DNA of 64,000 bases, from contig OY969934.1 of the NCBI GenBank assembly GCA_963704725.1, forward strand, positions 192,001 through 256,000, written 5' to 3'. Position numbers and translations under genes: made by a program. Numbering within the stretch: position 1 is the stretch's first letter; every line of letters begins with the position of its first letter. Of the stretch, positions 57,595 to 64,000 are shown in pieces. Under the pieces are notes generated by a model. It saw only the letters and a list, made by a program, of their open reading frames with translations, did not search any database and was not told where the DNA came from. Origin of the DNA: an uncultured Actinomycetes bacterium (GTDB taxonomy: Bacteria; Actinomycetota; UBA4738; HRBIN12).

Positions 57595-58575
57595 CTAGGC
57601 CGAGAGCCACTCGGCCGCGTCCTTGGCGTGGTACGTCAGCACCAGGTCGGCGCCGGCCCGGCGGATCGAGGTGAGGACCTCGAGGACGGCCTTGCGCTCG
57701 TCGAGCCAGCCGTTCTGCGCGGCGGCCTTGAGCATCGCGTACTCGCCGCTCACGTTGTACGCGGCCATCGGGAAGTGGGTGGCGTCCTTGGCGCGGCGGA
57801 TCACGTCGAGGTAGGGGAGCGCGGGCTTGACCATCACGACGTCGGCTCCCTCCTCGATATCGGCGATCACCTCCCGAACGGCCTCGTCGGCGTTGGGCGG
57901 GTCCATCTGATACCCGGTCCGGTCTCCGAACCGCGGCGCGCACTCGGCGGCCTCGCGGAACGGGCCGTAGAACGAGGAGGCGAACTTCGCCGCGTATGCC
58001 AGGATCCCCACGCGGTCGTAGCCGTTGCCGTCGAGCGCATCGCGGATCGCGGCGACCTGGCCGTCCATCATGCCGCTCGGTCCAACCATGTGCGCGCCCG
58101 CCTCGGCCTGCGCGATGGCGATCCGCCGGTAGCGCTCGAGCGTCGCGTCGTTGTCGACGTGCCCGTCGTCGTCGAGCACGCCGCAGTGGCCGTGGTCCGT
58201 GTATTCGTCGAGGCACAGGTCGGCGATCAGGACGTGCTCGTCGCCGAGGTCCTCGCGGAGCTCGCGGAGGGCGCGCTGCGCGATCCCGTCCGGGTTCCAC
58301 GCCTCCGAGCCCTCGGCGTCCTTGCGCTCGGGGACGCCGAAGAGCATGAACGCGAGCACGCCGCGGCTCGCGATCTCGGCGGCCTCCTTGCGGAGCGACT
58401 CGACCGTGTGCTGGAGCTGGCCGGGCATGGAGCCGATCGGCACCGGCTCGGACACGCCCTCCTTCACGAAGAGCGGCGCGATGAGGTGTCGCGGCGAGAG
58501 CTCGGTTTCGCGAACGAGCGCGCGGAGCGCCGGCGTGCGTCGCATCCGCCTCGGGCGCTGCTGTGGGTACGGCAT
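57595..58575 (-). CDS. hemB: Porphobilinogen synthase
   Basis: RPRRMR, CLDEYTDHGHCG, MVKPA, AYNVSGEY. Confidence 0.97.
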   Translation of the reverse strand: MPYPQQRPRRMRRTPALRALVRETELSPRHLIAPLFVKEGVSEPVPIGSMPGQLQHTVESLRKEAAEIASRGVLAFMLFGVPERKDAEGSEAWNPDGIAQRALRELREDLGDEHVLIADLCLDEYTDHGHCGVLDDDGHVDNDATLERYRRIAIAQAEAGAHMVGPSGMMDGQVAAIRDALDGNGYDRVGILAYAAKFASSFYGPFREAAECAPRFGDRTGYQMDPPNADEAVREVIADIEEGADVVMVKPALPYLDVIRRAKDATHFPMAAYNVSGEYAMLKAAAQNGWLDERKAVLEVLTSIRRAGADLVLTYHAKDAAEWLSA

Positions 58576-58628
58576 GTCGAGGATTCTAGGGGGCCTCGCG
58601 TGGAGCGAGATCGCTGCAGCTCGAGAGG

Positions 58629-59375
58629 TCAGCGCGTGGGGCCGAGGACGCGCCCGAGCGCCTGGACCAGGCCCTCGACGGTGTGCGGCCGGGCCACCCC
58701 GTGGACCGGGAGGCCGTGGGCGCGCGCCTCGCGAGCCGTCACCGGGCCGATGCAGACGACCTTCGGCGAGCCCTTCAGCGATCCGAGCAGCCGGACGAAC
58801 CCCCGGACGGTCGAGGCGCTCGTGAACGCCACGGCGTCGACGTCCCCGCGGCGAAGCGCGGCGCGCGCCGGCGTCGGCAGGGACCGGGGCACCCGGGTTC
58901 GGTAGGCGTCCACCCGGATCGGGTTCCACCCCTTCGCGGCGAGGGCATCCTCCAGACCCTCCGGCGCCACGTCGGCCCGGGGACACAGGACATCGCCCGA
59001 CCCTCGGGGGAACGCTCGCGCCAGGGCCGCCGTGGTGAAGGTCCGCGGCATCAGGTCGGGATCGCGCCGCGACCATCGGCGGAACGCCTCGCGTGTCCCC
59101 TCGCCGATCGCCGCCACCTTCGCGTGGACCTCGCGGGGTTGCAGCCGATCGGCCAGCACGTCGACGGTCCGCGGGCTCGTCAGGGTGACCCAGGCGAACC
59201 GGCCGGCCTCGAGCTCCCGAAGCGCCTTCGACAGGGCGGCGCTCCGGACGGGGACGATCTCGATCGCGGGGGCCACGATCGCGATCGCCCCTCGCCGCTC
59301 GAGCGCCCGCACGAGCTCGCCGGCCTGTTCGAGAGGCCGTGTGACCAGGACGGTCTGTCCCGCCAGGGGCTTCAC
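58629..59375 (-). CDS. hemD: Uroporphyrinogen-III synthase
   Basis: VLVTRP, LTS, FTSASTV, CIGPVTA. Confidence 0.93.
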   Translation of the reverse strand: MKPLAGQTVLVTRPLEQAGELVRALERRGAIAIVAPAIEIVPVRSAALSKALRELEAGRFAWVTLTSPRTVDVLADRLQPREVHAKVAAIGEGTREAFRRWSRRDPDLMPRTFTTAALARAFPRGSGDVLCPRADVAPEGLEDALAAKGWNPIRVDAYRTRVPRSLPTPARAALRRGDVDAVAFTSASTVRGFVRLLGSLKGSPKVVCIGPVTAREARAHGLPVHGVARPHTVEGLVQALGRVLGPTR

Positions 59376-60265
59376 GGCCGGACCATCGACAGGATCCCCT
59401 CGGCTCCGCCGGCCACGAGCTCGGACCGGGCGAGCTCGGCCGCCACCTCGGGGGTCGCCCCCTCGACCTCGGCTCGCGCCGTGCGTCCGCCCTCGGGCGT
59501 GAGCACGATCGCGACCATGTGCATGCCCGCCGCGGACCGCTCGGCGAGCGCACCGAGCGGGAGCGCGCACCCGCCTCCGAGCGACCGCATGAGTGTCCGT
59601 TCGGCGACGAGCGCGTCGCGGCTGGGCGCGTGATCGAGACCCGCGACCGACGCGAGCGTGGGCGCGTCGTCGGCTCGCGCCTGCACGGCGAGGGTTCCCT
59701 GCCCCGGCGCGGGGACCATCTCGGCAGCGGACATGGGCGCGACGTGTTCGGGCACGATGCCGAGACGCACGAGGCCGGCCGCGGCGAGCACGATGGCCTC
59801 GACGTCCCCGTCGGCGAGCCTGCGCAGGCGCGTGTCGACGTTGCCCCGCAGGTCTTTCAGCAGCACGTCCGGGCGCCATCGGAAGACCTGCGCCTGCCGG
59901 CGGAGGCTCGAGGTGCCGACCCTGGCCCCCGGGCGAAGCTCGCCGTCGCGCGTGACGAGCACGTCGAGTGGCGAGGCGCGCTCGGGGACCGCGGCGATCG
60001 TCAGGTCGTCCTCGTCCTCGGCGGGCAGGTCCTTCGCGGAGTGCACGGCCAGGTCGACCTCGCCCGCGCGCAGCGCCTGGACGATCTCGGCCACGAACAG
60101 CCCCTTCAGCCCGGCCGGGTCCGACGAGACGCCGGCGCCGCGGTCGCCGGAGGTGGTCATCGGCACGAGCTCGGTCTCGACACCCAAGCGCCGAAGCGCC
60201 CCGGCGACCTCCTCGGCCTGCGCGAGGGCGAGCCGCGAGCGGCGGGTCCCGATCCGGAGCGTCAC
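59372..60265 (-). CDS. hemC: Hydroxymethylbilane synthase
   Basis: IGTR.S.LA..Q, KGLF, VHSAKD, RGNVDTRL, GGC..P. Confidence 0.96.
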   Translation of the reverse strand: MTLRIGTRRSRLALAQAEEVAGALRRLGVETELVPMTTSGDRGAGVSSDPAGLKGLFVAEIVQALRAGEVDLAVHSAKDLPAEDEDDLTIAAVPERASPLDVLVTRDGELRPGARVGTSSLRRQAQVFRWRPDVLLKDLRGNVDTRLRRLADGDVEAIVLAAAGLVRLGIVPEHVAPMSAAEMVPAPGQGTLAVQARADDAPTLASVAGLDHAPSRDALVAERTLMRSLGGGCALPLGALAERSAAGMHMVAIVLTPEGGRTARAEVEGATPEVAAELARSELVAGGAEGILSMVRP

Positions 60266-61518
60266 TCGCCGGCCGGGTCGATGCCGAACAGCTCGGCGAG
60301 CAGCGTCGCGTGGCGATCCTGCTGGGCGGCGGGAGCGTCCTTCAGCCGGACGATCGGCTCGTGCAGGAGCTTGGCCACGATGCCCCGGGCCAACGCCTCC
60401 ACCGTCTGGCGCTGCTCGGTGGTCATCCCGCCGAGCTCCGAGCGGAACCGACGGAGCTCCGCCGCGACCGCGCGATCGCCACGCTCGCTGAGAGCGCGGA
60501 TCAGCGGCGCCAGCCGTTCGGCGCGGCGCCGCGACGCGAACCGCCGCACCTCCTCGGCCACGATCGCGTGTGCGCGCTCGATGTCGGCCGCCGTCTCGGC
60601 GGCGCGAACCGCGAGCGTCGCGCGGAGCCCCTCGAGGTCCACGAGGGTCACGTTCGGGAGGTCGCGCGCGGAGGGCTCGACGTCCCTCGGCACGGCGAGA
60701 TCGAGCACGAACAGCGGCCGGGCCCGGTTCGCGAGCACGGACGCCTGCACGACGACGCCGGCGGCGCCGGTGGCCGAGACGAGGAGGTCGGCGTCGGCGA
60801 TCGAGTTCGGCAGCTCCGCGAGCTCGCCGGGCTCGGCGTTCGTCCTGGCCGCGAGCGCCCGGGCGCGCTCCAGCGATCGGTTCAGGATGCGGACCGTTCC
60901 CACCCCACGTCCGCGCAGGTGCCTCACGGCGAGCGCCGGCATCTGGCCCGCCCCGACGACGACGGCGTGCCGTCCACGGAGCGAGCCGATCGCCTCCTCG
61001 GCCAGGTCGGCCCCGGCGGCCACGAACGCGTCGGGCGCGGCGCCGACCGACGTCTCCGCCCGCACGCGGCGCCCGGCCCGAGCGGCCGCGTGGAACAGGT
61101 CCGCGAGCGCCCGTCCCGCGGCGCCTTCGGACTCGGCGTGACGGAGGGCGTCTCGGACCTGGGAATGGACCTGCGGCTCCCCGAGCACCATCGAGTCGAG
61201 GCCGGCATCCACCGAGAACGCGTGCTCCGCGGCCTCGAGCTCGTAGTGGGAGTAGAGGGGCTCCGCGATCTCGTCGGGATCGATCTCCCGGGTCTCGCAG
61301 AGCAGGCGCTTCAGCGCCTGGAACCCGGCGTGGTACGAGGGGACGTCGCCGAACACCTCCACCCGGTTGCACGTCGACAGGATCACCGCCCCCTCGACGG
61401 CGGGATCGTCTGCGGCGCGCCGGTACGCCTTGGCCAGGTCGTCGTCGGTGAACGCGAGGCGCTCGAGCAGCTCCACGGTGGCGTGGCGGTGCGAGACGCC
61501 GAGGGCGAGGATGGCCAT
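60262..61518 (-). CDS. hemA: Glutamyl-tRNA reductase
   Basis: STCNRVE, GLDSMVLGEPQV..Q, GAGQM, DLAVPRD. Confidence 0.96.
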   Translation of the reverse strand: MAILALGVSHRHATVELLERLAFTDDDLAKAYRRAADDPAVEGAVILSTCNRVEVFGDVPSYHAGFQALKRLLCETREIDPDEIAEPLYSHYELEAAEHAFSVDAGLDSMVLGEPQVHSQVRDALRHAESEGAAGRALADLFHAAARAGRRVRAETSVGAAPDAFVAAGADLAEEAIGSLRGRHAVVVGAGQMPALAVRHLRGRGVGTVRILNRSLERARALAARTNAEPGELAELPNSIADADLLVSATGAAGVVVQASVLANRARPLFVLDLAVPRDVEPSARDLPNVTLVDLEGLRATLAVRAAETAADIERAHAIVAEEVRRFASRRRAERLAPLIRALSERGDRAVAAELRRFRSELGGMTTEQRQTVEALARGIVAKLLHEPIVRLKDAPAAQQDRHATLLAELFGIDPAGE

Positions 61519-61599
61519 GGGTGACCACGAGTCTAGCGGCGAGCCCGGATCGGCCGGGCGCCGCGGATAGCATCGGGCGCCGATCGAGAGCGAGGTGGG

Positions 61600-62703
61600 A
61601 TGGACCGAGGCAGGGCGCGGGACCTTGGGGTCGTGATCGGGACGATCCCCACGGGGCCCCGCAACGCGATCACCGACGTCGTCGGCGTCCGGGTTGGGCA
61701 CGCCACGGTCGTTCGCGAGCCGGTCCCGGGCGGCCCGGGCGCCGTTCGCACCGGCGTGACGGCGGTGTTCCCGCACGAGGGCCTTCCCTGGGTCGAGCGC
61801 GTCTACGCCGGCACGCACGTGCTGAACGGCTACGGCGAGATGATCGGCATCAACCAGGTGAACGAGTGGGGGCTCCTCCACTCGCCGATCGTGCTCACCA
61901 GCTCGCTGGCGATCGGCCGCGCGTACGACGCGACGGTGCGCTGGCGGTCGGAGCGATTCGCCACGACGACGAGCGAGGGCGGCGACATGCCGTTCGTGTC
62001 CGAGTGCGACGACTCGTTCCTGAACGACGTCACGTCGTTCCCCCTCTCGGATCGCGACGTCTTCGAGGCGCTCGACGCCGCTGCCGACGGCGACGTCGCC
62101 GAAGGATGTGTCGGCGCCGGCACCGGGATGCAATGCATGGACTTCAAGGGCGGGATCGGCACGGCCTCGCGGGTCGTCCCCTCTGGGTTCACCGTGGGCG
62201 CGCTCGTCCTGACGAACTTCGGCGAGCGCGAGCTGCTCCGGATCGACGGCGTCCCCGTGGGCCGCGAGATCACCGACCTGATGCCCGAGGAGCACGTCGA
62301 GGGCTCGTGCGTGGTCGTCGTGGCGACGGACGCGCCGATGATCCCGCATCAGATCCGCCGCCTCGCGATGCGCGGCGCGCTGGGCCTGGCGCGGTGTGGC
62401 TCGACCGCCCACAACGGCTCGGGAGAGCTGATGGTCGCGTTCTCGACGGCGAACCGGATCCCTCTGGAGACGCCCGACGGGCTGCTCGACGTGCGGGCGA
62501 TCCTCGACGGCGCGTCGGGGTCGGGCCCGGCGCCGATGAACGACCTCTTCGCTGCCACCGTCGAGGCCGTCGAGGAGGCGGTCCTGAACGCGCTGTTCGT
62601 CGCGACGACCACCACGGGGCGCGACGGCCACGTGCTCCACGCGCTCCCGCTCGAGCGGACGCTCGGAGTCCTCGCCCGCCACGGGCGACCCATCTCACCG
62701 TAG
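61600..62703 (+). CDS. P1-family (DmpA-like) aminopeptidase
   Basis: NAITDV.GVRVGH, ECDD..LND, VGAGTG, KGGIGTASR, GS autoprocessing site. Confidence 0.9.
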   Translation: MDRGRARDLGVVIGTIPTGPRNAITDVVGVRVGHATVVREPVPGGPGAVRTGVTAVFPHEGLPWVERVYAGTHVLNGYGEMIGINQVNEWGLLHSPIVLTSSLAIGRAYDATVRWRSERFATTTSEGGDMPFVSECDDSFLNDVTSFPLSDRDVFEALDAAADGDVAEGCVGAGTGMQCMDFKGGIGTASRVVPSGFTVGALVLTNFGERELLRIDGVPVGREITDLMPEEHVEGSCVVVVATDAPMIPHQIRRLAMRGALGLARCGSTAHNGSGELMVAFSTANRIPLETPDGLLDVRAILDGASGSGPAPMNDLFAATVEAVEEAVLNALFVATTTTGRDGHVLHALPLERTLGVLARHGRPISP

Positions 62704-62813
62704 GGAGAAGGTCCCGGGTCCTGGGGGTTCCACAACTGCGGAACGGGGCCCTTCGGCTCCCTTCTCGCGACGCTTCCGTGCCGAACCTGAACGCGAGAGG
62801 GGGTCGCGTTCAG

Positions 62814-64000
62814 ATGAAGACGTTCAGAGCGTTCGTCGCCGCCACGATCCTGCTGTCGGTGACCTGGGTATCGCAGGGAGTTGCAGGCGCGAAGGGAGGG
62901 CCACCACCACCACCACCACCACCGGCCGGGTCCGTGGAGATCGTGTTCGCGACCGGCCTTGACCACGGACCCGTCCAATCCACGGTTCCGGGGCTCCACC
63001 AGACCGATGCGCCCGGCGCGGTCATGGAGTGGCAGACGTCGGTGACCAGGACCGGAGCCGGCGGCTACCACGCGGTGGGCGGCAACGTGCAGGGCGACCA
63101 CACCATCGACAACCTCACCAGGGCCTTGCCGCTCGGCGGACTCGAGGTGTGGGCGGGTGGGGCCTACCGCTTCCGTTCGTTCCCCTCCACGAGCGCACAG
63201 GTGTGGCTCCTGGCCGCCGTGCCCACCGACGGCGTGCTCGGCGCGGACGACAAGCCGGTCATCACGATCGGCTCCTCCGGACGTCTCCGCCTGTCCGGGA
63301 GCAACTCTGCTTCGACGAACTTCGTGCAGAGCCAGACCGTGCTCGCCAGGGACCACTGGTACGACCTGGTGCTCCACGGGAAGAACGGCGTCTCGCAGAC
63401 GCAGCAGCTCTACATCTACGACGGGCAGACGGACGCGCTGCTGGAGCGGCTGGACCTCACCCTCACGGTCGCCGGTTCCTTCCGCAATCGCCTGACCAAG
63501 TGGGGGTTCGGAACCTCGCAGGACTCGACCGGGCTCGAGTACTACCTCGACGACATCTTCCACGCTCGTGGTGCCGTGAACCCCGGGCCGGTGCGGGTGT
63601 TCACCAGGACGCCCACGGGCACGACGACGACGGGGTTCGCCTCGGTCGGGACGGCGACCGGCAACGACGCGGTCGATGACTGCGCCCCGGACGCCGACTC
63701 CACCTACATCGCGAGCGCGGCGGACGCAGGATCCCACGCCGCGACGTTCGCGCTGGCTCAGGTCCCGCTCAGCGCGGGGAGCGGCGTCTACACGGTCCAG
63801 GTGTTCTCGGTCGGTCGCAGCGCCGCGAGCCGTTCGCTGAGCGCTCAGGTCGGGGTGTCGATCGGCGGTGTGGACTCGACGACCCCCGTCCTGCTGGGCA
63901 GCCAGTACGAGGTGCGACGGACCGTCTTCTCCGCCAACCCGGTGAGCGGGCAGTCCTGGACCATCGCGGTCGCCAACGCGTTCTCGGGCGTCGTCAAGGA
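62814..64000 (+). CDS. Secreted protein (3'-partial; absent from the ORF track)
   Basis: GAGGGGG RBS; MKTFRAFVAATILLSVTWVSQGVAGA signal peptide, poly-Pro, beta-rich domains; open to the window end. Confidence 0.8.
   Translation, partial: MKTFRAFVAATILLSVTWVSQGVAGAKGGPPPPPPPPAGSVEIVFATGLDHGPVQSTVPGLHQTDAPGAVMEWQTSVTRTGAGGYHAVGGNVQGDHTIDNLTRALPLGGLEVWAGGAYRFRSFPSTSAQVWLLAAVPTDGVLGADDKPVITIGSSGRLRLSGSNSASTNFVQSQTVLARDHWYDLVLHGKNGVSQTQQLYIYDGQTDALLERLDLTLTVAGSFRNRLTKWGFGTSQDSTGLEYYLDDIFHARGAVNPGPVRVFTRTPTGTTTTGFASVGTATGNDAVDDCAPDADSTYIASAADAGSHAATFALAQVPLSAGSGVYTVQVFSVGRSAASRSLSAQVGVSIGGVDSTTPVLLGSQYEVRRTVFSANPVSGQSWTIAVANAFSGVVK
62901..62921 (+). repeat. (CCA)7 microsatellite encoding poly-Pro
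   Basis: CCA x7 followed by CCG, in frame. Confidence 0.85.

Overview
Very GC-rich bacterial chromosome segment, most likely Actinomycetota: it has an fhaA-fhaB-pstP-rodA-pbpA-pknB cluster, LigC, F420-type PPOX proteins, the coproporphyrin-dependent heme pathway and many leaderless TANNNT promoters. Core content: his genes (hisD,C,B,H,A,F,I, then a vapBC pair and a separately promoted hisG), thyX, serS, tRNA-Leu(CAG), tRNA-Ser(TGA), hemE-cpfC-cgoX-chdC, hemA-C-D-B and hemL. Accessory content: a NirK-cupredoxin fusion with a divergent Rrf2 regulator, PAS kinases, secreted repeat proteins, TetR-ClC and a degraded vapBC. The best candidate for an undescribed system is at 26766-29164. A 28-aa signal-peptide-like ORF missing from the ORF track (MQRYRRLVALLGWLAVVLMAVGAGWKAF), with its own RBS and a downstream 14-bp hairpin, is divergent from a DUF5317-like membrane protein (two Asp motifs reminiscent of signal peptidase II) that is coupled to a multi-TM sensor histidine kinase. 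I infer a peptide-signalling or quorum-sensing-like module. Clustered frameshifts at about 51.7-53.3 kb and 56.9-57.6 kb may be sequence errors. No CRISPR array, integrase or transposase was seen. Family names come from motif recognition only; no searches were run.
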